Shown: positions 37,317-48,122, counted from the whole stretch's first letter. The stretch: DNA of 62,828 bases, filler included, from Globobulimina sp. (GCA_003354225.1; 16 parts of 16 records of this genome joined end to end with filler, not necessarily neighbours in it), one strand, 5' to 3'. Program-made: numbers and translations. Notes: generated from the letters alone by a model not told the origin.

Positions 37317-38004
37317 TCATTTTTGAAATCGAGATATTTCATCATTTTTGTAGCAAACGTCTAATTCATATTTTTCGATCAGCGCAATATTATCTTTCTG
37401 GTTTGTACGTGACGATGCCGCTGAAACTTTAAATAAAATGGTGATTAAATGTCGATCATTTGTTATACCGCATTGACCCAAAGTGCCCTACACAAATTAT
37501 ATAAAATCCAGCAACTTTACCTCATGATTAATATATTTTAGATGTACATACATTATCAGGTAATATTTTAGCTTTTTCTATGAGCACAATATCATCGATG
37601 TTGTTTAAGAAAGCTATACCTTTATATATTTGCTTTACTTTACGTACAGTTGTATTTGCAGTCACTTTTTCTTCTATTTTCCAGTATTTGCTTTGTCCAA
37701 ATAACTGCAATCTAAATTCTTTTGGAGCACGTTCATTTTCATCAGCTGCTTTTTTAGCTTTGTGCTGTTTTGCTGTTTTTAATTCGCGGTATACTCGATT
37801 TGCTAACATATGGTTGTGTATATCCAATTTATTTACTATATCTTTACCATTTGTAAATGCACCAAAATCTCTTCCATCACAGCCTTTTTTTTCGATCACA
37901 TGCACTATTTGACGTTGCCAATTATCTGACAAACCAAGCGATTTCACCCAATTCACTATATCCGTATTGCACCATCTCTGAATTTTTTTGTGTCTCCAAG
38001 CCAT
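37317..38004 (-). CDS. SAM-like + ubiquitin-like domain protein (1 intron)
   Basis: WCNTDIVNWVKSLGL...CDGRDF (SAM-like). TTVRKVKQ...ILPDN|GTLGQCGI...ITILFKVSAA (Ubl) after the phase-0 intron 37488-37551. Confidence 0.65.
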
Positions 38005-38056
38005 TATTTTATGTCTCTCCAAACTAAGTTTTTTGCCACTTGGTCCAGAAAATTAA

Positions 38057-38956
38057 ATGGCAGAAGAAGTATATTCTTTATATATCGAGAGATGGACTTA
38101 TCCGCCAAAACAACCACAACATTTAATGAAATTCGCCAAGTCAATCAATAGAAAGATCACATGGAAAGACGCACAAAATTTAATTAAAAAATCCCAAACA
38201 AAGAATGATACTCAATCCACAACCACAAATATTAAGAAATTGCAAATAAATAAGAATTCAAAAAGCATAAAAGCAAATTTAAAGAAAGCGCCACAACCAA
38301 TAAAACAAAACAAAGTGCAAATACCGCAACAGCCATCGAGTCCAATTGTAATCGCGCAATCTGAGTCAGCCACAAATTCCAAGCAACCCGGCAACAATTT
38401 TTCCAATGTTGTTGCCGAAGAAAACTGTGCAGAAAACGACGTGAACACTGCAAACAATTCAAATAATTTATGGAACGGTATGCAAAAAGAACAAATACAA
38501 CAATATCAGCAACAATTTCCACCGCCACCACAGCCACCTTCTGATGATACAAACGAAGCATCGCCACCGCCCCCAACGTCTCCGCCAGGCAATCAGGCAC
38601 AAAATATGAATGCGTATAATATGAACAACTATGCTGCGTATAATGCATATCAACAACAGCAAAGACAGTATTATGCTGCGTATTGGAATCAATATAATAT
38701 GCAACAACAGCAACAGCAGCAGCAGCAGCAATATAATAATGCAAACTATGGGGCGTGGAGTCCACGGCAGAACCAAGCGCATCAATTTAATAATAATCAG
38801 AATTCGAATGCAATGCAGCAACAAATGCAAGAATTCCCGCCACCGGGAACGAGTAAGGAAGGAGTGGAGGATTGCAATGATGAGTATGCTGTGAATGAGA
38901 AAAAGAACGCAAACACTCCAAAATCTAAAAAGAAAAAATTTAAAATCTTTGGATAA
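38057..38956 (+). CDS. Protein with an N-terminal copy of the same helical module and a Q/N/P/Y low-complexity region
   Basis: VYSLYIERWTYPPKQPQHLMKFA, polyP, and a polyQ with Y/N-rich tract. Confidence 0.65.
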   Translation: MAEEVYSLYIERWTYPPKQPQHLMKFAKSINRKITWKDAQNLIKKSQTKNDTQSTTTNIKKLQINKNSKSIKANLKKAPQPIKQNKVQIPQQPSSPIVIAQSESATNSKQPGNNFSNVVAEENCAENDVNTANNSNNLWNGMQKEQIQQYQQQFPPPPQPPSDDTNEASPPPPTSPPGNQAQNMNAYNMNNYAAYNAYQQQQRQYYAAYWNQYNMQQQQQQQQQQYNNANYGAWSPRQNQAHQFNNNQNSNAMQQQMQEFPPPGTSKEGVEDCNDEYAVNEKKNANTPKSKKKKFKIFG

Positions 38957-39351
38957 GTGACATTGTAATATATTGTAATGTATAAATAATTAGTTTTAGA
39001 ATAAAAACAGCTTAATTAATGTTTTTATGCGTCAACGGCGAAAATCCGGTGTCGATTACTGTTATTTTAGTGGTCGGATTTCCCCCAACAACGTGAAAAA
39101 AAAGATTTATTTAAGTTGTTTTTAATTTTCAATTGTAGCGATTTTTTTTTGAAAGAGACTCTCAGATTCTAAGAAATGCAGAAAAAATGGATTCTTAAAG
39201 TTTTAATAAGGATCTGCTGTGGAAGGATATAATGTGCTTTCCGTGATTGTGNNNNNNNNNNNNNNNNNNNNNNNNNNNNNNNNNNNNNNNNNNNNTTAAT
39301 TAATTAANNNNNNNNNNNNNNNNNNNNNNNNNNNNNNNNNNNNNNNNNNNN

Positions 39352-40529
39352 TTGTTAAGGTCAATGATTTTAAATTTACAAAATTATAAAAATGATATAA
39401 TGGATGATTTTGAATATTAATATTTCTTTTTCTGCCCCAAAGTCTCAGCCGAGATGATTTAGCCACCATATTACAGTCAATATGCTCCAATGTATTGTGA
39501 TAATATGTTTTTTTAAATATTTTCCAGTCAAAGTCACTATCATCCTCAACAGTGCCCTGTCTATAAACGCGAGGGTTTGGCAATACAAATGATGTTAAAT
39601 TGGGTAAGTTCATGCAAAACATATCATATTTTTCCCTCCAAAATGTGCGTCTGCCCCAAACCGCCAATTGTGACGGAACATAAATTACTTTTGTGACAGA
39701 CTGAAATACATTTTGTGTCGAGTTTTTATTCATTTTGACAGAATTCATCCATTCCAAGATGTGACCCGTATGTCCATAAGGACTGTCTGGCTGACTGCTG
39801 GTCAATATCTTCGATCTAAAGCGCGAATATTGCAAATTATATGAAATTGTGTGTAATAATGGTGATTTTGATAATATTTTAGAAATAATTGAATAATATT
39901 CATCCGCAAATTGCTCGTAATGACCATCGTGTTTTAATACGTATTTTAATTCTATATATTGTGCATTATAATATTTTTTATAATTAACAGTTTTGAGATA
40001 TAATGATTTGACGAATTGATGGTCAATAACGAGATGATATTTTGACATTGCAATCTGAGAAAATTTGTATAAATCTTTTGATATTAATTCAAACTTTATC
40101 CTATCGCTCATATTGCTGAATGACATAATATAGGAACCGATCGATGTTGGTATTGATATGAATGCATTATTTTGATTCGCTTTGTTGTTGTTCTTGGTGC
40201 TGTTGATAAAATATTGTTTAATATGATTTGTATGATGTTGTATTTTATGCTCGCGATCATCATTCTGTTTTGTCATTTTATTTTAAATTCTGAATTGTAG
40301 ATATTTGTAATGGATCGATGGACTTAACCGTTTGATGAAACCATATTTTATCGATCAGTTGCTTCCATTCAGGATTTGACTGTGTTATCGATGTAAATGT
40401 TAAATCTTTAAGATCTGTAATACTCATTGATGATAAACAAGACATTAATGTTTTTTTTGAACATGATTTGATATTATTTAGAATATTGGCTGTTTGGATG
40501 GCATCTAAAGGGTCAGCCATATCTGCCAT
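39352..40529 (-). CDS. F-box-like protein with LRR-like C-terminus; homopolymer frameshift near 40280; truncated at the 3' end
   Basis: ISIPTSIGSYIMSFSNMSDRIKFELISKDLY resembles an F-box. Deleting one base from the 4-nt homopolymer near 40281-40284 fuses ORF 40278-40529 (MADMAD) to the ORF starting at 40276. Confidence 0.55.
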
Positions 40530-40587
40530 GTTTACAGAACGGGCCGTTAAAAATATTACGTAATTCAACAACAGTAATTCCCTAAAC

Positions 40588-42720
40588 ATGGCAACCACAA
40601 TTCACAAATTGATAGAAGAAGGCTTCAGTTTGGAAGAGGCAAAAATGGCAATAAATCTAAGCATGGAAGACAATGCTGAAGAATCGAAGAATGAATCAAT
40701 GTTTTGTGGTGGCAATATCACTCAGTGTCCAAATCTGCGCAGGTTATGTCAGTCAATGAGCGGATATACAAAATGGATTAATATTCGTGAGATGGATCCC
40801 GAGTTTGATGCACTGAATGATTTTCTCCATTTAATGAAGAAACATCACAAAGACACAGAATTTGATTACATTTATTCTCAATTAGGCGGGCTATGCGATG
40901 TTAAACAATGTAAAATCCATCAAAGAAATTATAGATCGAAGAGTTGTAAAAACAACAACAATATCAATCAAATGATAATGGTTCAACAACAGATTATGGA
41001 TAAAATACATTGTTTTTACACTCATAGTTATGACATTGGACACAGATTAACTTTATCCGACAAACAATTCATTGCAGAATCTATTACAGCTACAGACAAT
41101 GACTCTTCTTTGGCGAATAAACGATTAATGAAAATTAAAAATATACTCTCGAAAAGACACAAGTTATTTGACTCTGTTTATGCTGAAAATAGGACCCGTA
41201 ATTTTGGTAAATTCCATCTCAATGTCGACAATTTTGGGGGTTTTAATGAATCTCAGTCGGATGAAAAAACACAAGTTGCTCCAGAACAATATCAATTTGA
41301 TTTGAATCAAACGTATAGCTATGGACATATATTCGAATATAAGTCATTAAGCTCAGCACTGATGTCAATGGGCAATGTGCTTCCGAGTGCAGTTACAAAT
41401 AATGATAATAAAATTAATTATAATTCCACCATCACTCAGTGGGATATACTGAAACCAAACTTTGCTGGCACTGTATTTAACAAATACCGGTCGTTTAAAC
41501 AGGAACTACTTTCAAACCAATTATCAACAATAAATATTCAACAATTCCAAAACGAACATAAAAAGGCAAAGATGCATTTTCATTCGTTTTATTGTAAAGA
41601 GTTTGCAGCAAATTACGAGAAAAGGTTAAACCAAGCAACGTATGGTCCAATTCAAATATTATCTGTCCATCATCTGTTATCAGTAATGCTTTATTGTAAT
41701 TACGATTATCTACAATACGAATTCAGCAAAACCTACAGAAAAGTGTCTAAAAACGAATCCAATGAGTCATTGGTTAAACGGCATTCCAATTTTTATTTTT
41801 TAGCGAAATATCTGTGGCAATCTGTCAATCATTTTGGTACAACCATTCAAAATGGCAGAATACAATCGTTTTATCATGGAATAAGCCAAAAGTTGAGCTT
41901 TCCAGCGATTGTTGGCAACATTGGTCTGGGCGTGGAAATGTATTGTCCTTTATCGACCTCAGCAGCGTATGAAGTCGCTGTTAATTTTGCGAATTATACT
42001 GGATTGGTCATAGAGTTTAGAAATGGAGATTTTTTGATGTCGAGCAAGTATTTTGCTGCTGATTGGCTATCAGATTATGGCAATGAGTCTGAATACTTAT
42101 TCATTCAAAATAATCATGTTTTGAGAATGCATAATATTATCGACATAACCACTGGCTGTCAGTACAAAATTATTTTGAGAGCTATAAAGAAAATATATGA
42201 AATATTGAGAAATTCCGCAAAAACAAAATGTAGCAAAGAAGAGTCATTGGTGATGGAGAAGTTAATACATCATCAATTATCATTATATTTGGAGCAATAT
42301 CCAAAATGGCATAGTTTGAGAGAATATGGAAAGGAATTAATGAATGTGTTTTGTAGTAATACAGTGGAAATAAGACTTATTTGGGGTTATTTTAAAACAA
42401 ATCAGCATTTATTTGAAATGTTTGCATGTACAGATTGTGAGTGGATTGACATGAAAGTAATCAATGTATTATTTCCAAATATTGGTAAAATTGTGATAAA
42501 GGATGTAATGTTGACTTATGTGACAATGAATAATATTTTAATGCATTTAACAAAATACAAACAATCAAAATTAAAAACTATAGAGATAGAAATTGCAGAG
42601 GACAGTATATTGTCTCTCAAACAGACTGTCTCTGAGTATACGGACAAGTTTAATGTTCTACATTTCAATGTTAGTAATGACAAAATTAATATTTTGCGTA
42701 TTATCTATGATGCCAATTAA
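40588..42720 (+). CDS. UBA-like + Cys/His module + ADP-ribosyltransferase-like (ARTC fold, H-S-E) protein
   Basis: N-terminal IHKLIEEGFSLEEAKMAI; FYHG (41869-41880); LSTSAAYEVAVNFA (STS 41953-41961); LSDYGNESEYLFI (E-x-E 42085-42093). Single exon. Confidence 0.65.
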   Translation: MATTIHKLIEEGFSLEEAKMAINLSMEDNAEESKNESMFCGGNITQCPNLRRLCQSMSGYTKWINIREMDPEFDALNDFLHLMKKHHKDTEFDYIYSQLGGLCDVKQCKIHQRNYRSKSCKNNNNINQMIMVQQQIMDKIHCFYTHSYDIGHRLTLSDKQFIAESITATDNDSSLANKRLMKIKNILSKRHKLFDSVYAENRTRNFGKFHLNVDNFGGFNESQSDEKTQVAPEQYQFDLNQTYSYGHIFEYKSLSSALMSMGNVLPSAVTNNDNKINYNSTITQWDILKPNFAGTVFNKYRSFKQELLSNQLSTINIQQFQNEHKKAKMHFHSFYCKEFAANYEKRLNQATYGPIQILSVHHLLSVMLYCNYDYLQYEFSKTYRKVSKNESNESLVKRHSNFYFLAKYLWQSVNHFGTTIQNGRIQSFYHGISQKLSFPAIVGNIGLGVEMYCPLSTSAAYEVAVNFANYTGLVIEFRNGDFLMSSKYFAADWLSDYGNESEYLFIQNNHVLRMHNIIDITTGCQYKIILRAIKKIYEILRNSAKTKCSKEESLVMEKLIHHQLSLYLEQYPKWHSLREYGKELMNVFCSNTVEIRLIWGYFKTNQHLFEMFACTDCEWIDMKVINVLFPNIGKIVIKDVMLTYVTMNNILMHLTKYKQSKLKTIEIEIAEDSILSLKQTVSEYTDKFNVLHFNVSNDKINILRIIYDAN

Positions 42721-42778
42721 TGGTTTTTGTTTTATATGTTTCGGAGAATTGTTGTCTAAGTTTTACAACTAAACATTC

Positions 42779-43183
42779 ATGGCATATACAGGGCCACCAC
42801 GTCCTCCCCATTTTTCCAATTCACGCAGGCAACCACAGGCAATACCGAGTCGATACGTTGCAAATACAAATACTGCAATAGAAGACATTGATGCATCGCC
42901 AAATAACGGGACATCTGGTTTGTTGACAATACTGTTAATCAGTTTAACTGCATTAATACTGATAATTGCGTTGAGTGTTGGTGGATATTTTTTATTCCGA
43001 CATGTTAAAGTTAAACACAAAAATGATGGTAGCGGTACATCAAAGAATGACGAAATAGGTATATTCTCATTATATATCCGTGCATACCTATACTAGCATA
43101 AGTAAATAAAGTAAATAAAGCAAGCCCAGTTATACCAGGCACTGCCTCTACTAATGAATATATATCGCAATCGTCTGACTCCA
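42779..43183 (+). CDS. Single-pass membrane protein, 5' fragment
   Basis: TM LLTILLISLTALILIIALSVGGYFLF followed by RHVKVKHK. Intron-like GT near 43059. Confidence 0.5.
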
Positions 43184-43283
43184 NNNNNNNNNNNNNNNNN
43201 NNNNNNNNNNNNNNNNNNNNNNNNNNNTTAATTAATTAANNNNNNNNNNNNNNNNNNNNNNNNNNNNNNNNNNNNNNNNNNNN

Positions 43284-44397
43284 TTTAAATCAAGTACTTC
43301 TTTCTCAAATTTGCGGAGTCTTTTTTGTTCTTTTTTGCGTCGTCGGCGCTGTTTTCTCTTTTCACGACGAGCTTTTTTAGCTTGTGTCCGTTGAATTTCT
43401 CTCTCGATATCTTGCAATTCTTTTCGTTTTGTCTCTAATTTGGTCATTCGACCCTCCTCTTCATCCATTTGTTTTTGTATTGCTTGTTCTCGTTCCAATT
43501 TTAATAACGATCCTGTTTCTAAACCTATATTTTATTGATAGCAGACTCAAAACATTGGCACATAAAAAACCAAACTATATTCCTCCGCTTTTAATTGAGG
43601 TACTTCCCATACAATGTGCAGTCTTTCTGCTGCTTCAAAATTGTCCATTGTTTCGCAGTCAATTCCTTGCATAAATTCTATATAATTATATTGCAAATAT
43701 ATAATAAAAAAAACGCTTTCGATCGATTTCAATTTCAGAAAAATAAAAAGTATCGTTTTTCAATTTCAGATTTTGTTTTTTTGGGTGAAAAACACATAAA
43801 CATTTGCAAACCGGTCCAATCTTTGGATTTATAAATTTGATTTTTCGATTTCGCATTGGCATGCGGGAGATATGGCGCTTTGGCATATTTGGTTTTTGCC
43901 TGAACTTTGCCGCGATGACTATGCCGTTCATTTAAAAATGCATTGCCATCACTCACCTCGTTATCTTCTAAGATATCTTGCATAAATGACGGTGGCTTCC
44001 AGTCTGATTTAATCGCTTCTTTTTTCGCCTGAGCTGGTCCAGTTTTGCGTGGGATTTTAAATTTTCCCAAATCTTGTGAGGTTTTACGGGTCGGCGCAAT
44101 TTTAAGAGAAGGTTTGGATTTCTTTTTTTTCTTCTTCTGATCCTCTGTTTTTGTTGGTGTTGATGTGGGCGTTTTTAATGCTAGTTTGTAGAGTATTTGC
44201 TTTTTATTGACAAATATTCCTTTTGTTTTGTGGCACACGAAATATCGTTTGCCTCCGAATAATCCACAATTTTTCCCTGTTCCTTTACTCAATTCGATAC
44301 CATAAAATATTCCATTTTTGCCATACAATGGTCCTTTGTAACGCACTGTGCCGATTCTATCTTTTGTTAATTCGATGACATCATCTACTTCTACCAT
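43284..44397 (-). CDS. CAP-Gly domain protein with coiled coil (2 introns), truncated at the 3' end
   Basis: GTVRYKGPL...YGIEL...GKNCG...GKRYFVC...GIFV. Introns at 43678-43811 and 43525-43575. Confidence 0.85.
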
Positions 44398-44587
44398 GTT
44401 GACTATACGAAAAAGATGTCACTGAAGTTAATATCAATCACTACATGTAATCTCAAGCATTATGTAATATAATGGCCTGTAACAATGCACAATTTGGAAG
44501 GCACTCGAAAAAGTAAATTAAATTATATTATGATACATAATATGATAATACAATTATAGATAACAATGCATTTGCAATATTAAATAT

Positions 44588-45876
44588 CTAAAGCTGATAT
44601 GATGCTTTGGAGTCTAGATCTACACTCATTACATCAGACGTATGTGTGACGCGTGTATCATCCGCGTCATATTCATATATCTCGTCAACCTCTTGTAATT
44701 CTTGAATTGTCATATTTTCAATATTTAATCCTAACATTTCCCGCAAATAGCTATCACCAGTTGGCGATTGTTGATTTTTCAATGATACAGAGCCTGCCCT
44801 AGAATTTGGAGAATTTGGATTCGTTGTCCATACACTTTTATTCGACTCCACATTACCAATGACAAGCGGTACTGGCACTGCTGCAGATTTTTTTTTCTTT
44901 ACTGTAGCTGTCCCATCAATAATTCCAACCGATGACACATCAATTTCTTGTAATTCTTGCGTTGCCACATTTTTTTTTACATTCAATCCCAACATTTCTC
45001 CCAACACACTGTCACCATTTGAAGATGTTTGATTTTTCAACGATAAAACCGACCCAGCCCTAGAATTTGGATTAGTGCTCCATATGGCACTTTTGTTAGA
45101 CGCTTCTGGCGACGCATTTGAATGGATTACGTCCAATTTATTATATTCATCAAACACAGTAATCTGATATTTTTGTTTGACACTCAATGATTCTGAGTCA
45201 GAATGCGACACACTCGGACTATCATTACCATGTATATTGTGTGTAATATTTGCCATTGCATTTCGAATTTGATCCGATAATACGGCTTGTAACTGTAGAT
45301 TTTGTGTCGGCATTGGTTCTCGGAGCGAAAATCGTTTTGCAACTGAGTTTGGAATGGAAGTAATAGTCCGAGGAGTCCATGGCGTACTGTCGTTGCCACT
45401 CGCATAGCTACCCTTTTTCTCAGGTTCTGGGGTCGAATGACTGTGCGACTTTGCTTTCACAGCGTTTGCCATTTGAATTGATACAAAGGGCGATGATTGA
45501 TCATGCACAGCTTTTACAATATTTATGGATGTTGATTGCGGTGAATGCGACTGCTGTGGTTTAGGTGAATGATCAGATGAATTAATTTTTATTAATTCAT
45601 CAATTTTAAGTGATAGTTGTTTTATAGTGTTTTTTGTTCGATGGCAGTAATATAACAAACAACACATAAATAGAAACATGATCAACATTAATATTGCAAT
45701 AAGTTGATATAATATGTTATCTGCAAACTCGTCAAGTAAATGTTTCTCCGCTGCTTCACGCGCTTTTGTAATGTATGTGCCGTGTTTGTGTTTATCACAG
45801 AATAAAAACACACGAAACTGGAGCTACTGGAGCTGTAAAAGACTGTCGATTCTGTTGTTGGCTGTGTTGTGCTCAT
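44588..45876 (-). CDS. Single-pass membrane protein with an S-rich tail containing a ~55-aa repeat (2 copies)
   Basis: ATG at 45876; intron 45721-45818 joins in frame to TM ILYQLIAILMLIMFLFMCCLLYY. SNKS.W.TNPNS..RAGSV.LKNQ...GDS.L.EMLGLN occurs twice. Confidence 0.6.
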
Positions 45877-46162
45877 ATTGTTAGTCAGATTATTTCCTGT
45901 TTGTTAATTAATTACCAAAAGATTCGTGAATTACCAAATTAAAGTGATTTTTTTTTAGTTATACTAGTTATCTAATATGTATTTACTATTTTGGATTCAG
46001 ACATGTTTGATAACTAGAAAACCAATATATATATATATATATAATATAAATATGTGCTTTGGTTTTATTGTATATGCAGAAACAAAAAGACTATATAAAA
46101 TTGGCAGACGTAATCACATGATTCACATCTGAAATTTTGCAGTATCTGCATGTACATGATTT

Positions 46163-46225
46163 TGTTTTTGATTATGGTAAAACCGCACTTATGGTAAAAC
46201 CGCACTGTTTTTGATTATGGTAAAA
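46163..46225. repeat. Nested short tandem duplications (ttatggtaaaaccgcac twice, flanked by tgtttttgattatggtaaaa)
   Basis: 17-nt unit at 46172-46188 and 46189-46205. Confidence 0.8.
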
Positions 46226-46272
46226 TATAAAACCTGTGTTGCTGATTAAAAGGTGTCTTCGATTCTGCGCAG

Positions 46273-46878
46273 CTACCCTTTAAAACGTACGTTTGATTCT
46301 GTGTTGTTTTTGTATATGAATGAGATAAATGACAAACTAAACTGCGGTGTTTTCTGGTTGCAAATATGGAATCTATCAGTACACCCCAAATGTGATAAAG
46401 AATCAATATGAAAGTCGCATGATTGATCAAACGATTCCGTACAATACATTGTGCCCATAACATTGTGACGAGTAGCGCTTATATATAAGTTTTTAAATCC
46501 ATTCATGGAATACAATTTTAACGGATTGTTGCTGGAAACGATTGTATCCGTATCCGGTAGTTTGGTGTTTTCTGAATAAAGGTAGGTATTGGTACGCCGG
46601 GAAATGTATATTGATAAACCTGATGTCCATAATTGATTTGTGTATAGAGTTAATGACTTTGCATCTGAAGCATTAATGATCATATCTTGACATAAATCGG
46701 CATTATTACATGTGATATTAATGTCGCATTCGTCTGGTCGACAATTAATTTTGAGATAAGTGCACGGATTTGAATCTGTACAAATAATGGTGCATTGTCC
46801 ACTTTTTTTACAATGGATTGTGTCTGTAGCTGATGATTGTACAATCATGAGCGTAATGAGCGTAACAATTAGTGACAT
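46273..46878 (-). CDS. Secreted Cys-rich protein
   Basis: Signal peptide MSLIVTLITLMIVQSSA and repeated C-x-I-x-C spacing. Confidence 0.6.
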   Translation of the reverse strand: MSLIVTLITLMIVQSSATDTIHCKKSGQCTIICTDSNPCTYLKINCRPDECDINITCNNADLCQDMIINASDAKSLTLYTNQLWTSGLSIYISRRTNTYLYSENTKLPDTDTIVSSNNPLKLYSMNGFKNLYISATRHNVMGTMYCTESFDQSCDFHIDSLSHLGCTDRFHICNQKTPQFSLSFISFIYKNNTESNVRFKG

Positions 46879-47214
46879 TGGCTAATTAATTGATTAGAGT
46901 CAACAAGAAAATTAAAACAACTTATAATAACAACAAAAACTGTTTATATTTATTTAAACCAACTGGAATAGCAACCACTATTTGAAGATTCAATTTCTTT
47001 CTCTGAAGTTATCTCTTTCTTCAATTGTTTATTCTCAGATTGTATCGTTGTTAATTCATTTTTATAACTATCTATTTCTTCATTCAATTTAACATTCATA
47101 GCTTTAACTTGATTNNNNNNNNNNNNNNNNNNNNNNNNNNNNNNNNNNNNNNNNNNNNTTAATTAATTAANNNNNNNNNNNNNNNNNNNNNNNNNNNNNN
47201 NNNNNNNNNNNNNN

Positions 47215-48122
47215 TAAATCGTCGTTTGCTGCTATTAATAAACAGTGTGAATACAATATTTGCGCCAAGCTCACTTTGTGCTGCATATTGGTTCGTGTAT
47301 AAAAAAGATTTAATTTGTGCAGAAATTGCATTTAATTCATGGCGTTTGGCCTATCAAATTGTTGCATTTTTCCTGTTGTGGCAGTTTTGTCACAGATTAT
47401 TATTTTTAACAGTTCAGAGAGAAAGTATGTCGATAATGGAACGCCGCGCCTCTGCCAATACCAATAAATTGGCGCATCAACAAAGCAATTCTACCATTGA
47501 GGACATACACATTTATAGCGGCGCCAGCAAAGAGCATCGACTTTATTTTCTAATGATTACCACCAGAAATGCCGTATTAGTGTTCACCACTTCTTTCACT
47601 GTTTTGTTGGTTTCATTTTCTTTTTTTTCGTTTCGTTTTGTATTCGGACAGCAAACCCGTAAAACCTTATTGGTTCCGATGAATATGGCAGCATTCGACA
47701 GTTTGGTTACTTCGCTTTGCATCGTTTGCTTATTTTCCTATGGCGACAATATCTATGATTCAATCTGCAAACTGTGCGATAAAACTGTTTATAAATTGTT
47801 CGCATTCTGGGCAAAAAAGGAGATTACAGCCAGTACATCGTCGCTTGCGTTGAAAGAAAATGTTCCCAAAATATCTTCAATGGACAAAATTAATTCATTT
47901 TCCCCGGACGAGTTGGAAAAAAATAAAATGGACACAAATGTTTTGAAATCAATGGAACTGCATATTGCATCGAATGAGAGTGGTTATAAGAGTTCAAGTG
48001 TCCCGTTGGCGGAAAGGTCAATCGATTTACATAGCTATATTTTAGAAATTGATTCATTTTCTGAACCAGTTCGGGGAATTAATAATAGTGAAAAAAGAAA
48101 TCAATCAAAGTCGCGATCATAG
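47215..48122 (+). CDS. 7TM/GPCR-like membrane protein, 3' fragment
   Basis: Hydrophobic segments and a TM7/helix-8-like FDSLVTSLCIVCLF...YDSICKLC, similar to the 21587 protein. Confidence 0.55.

Noticed and set aside
24041-37319. TGA reassigned to a sense codon (in-frame TGAs at 24041 and 37317)
   Set aside because: TGA ends genes at their expected C-termini (ferric reductase ESFVF*, AKR, C45), and long conserved ORFs contain no internal TGA.
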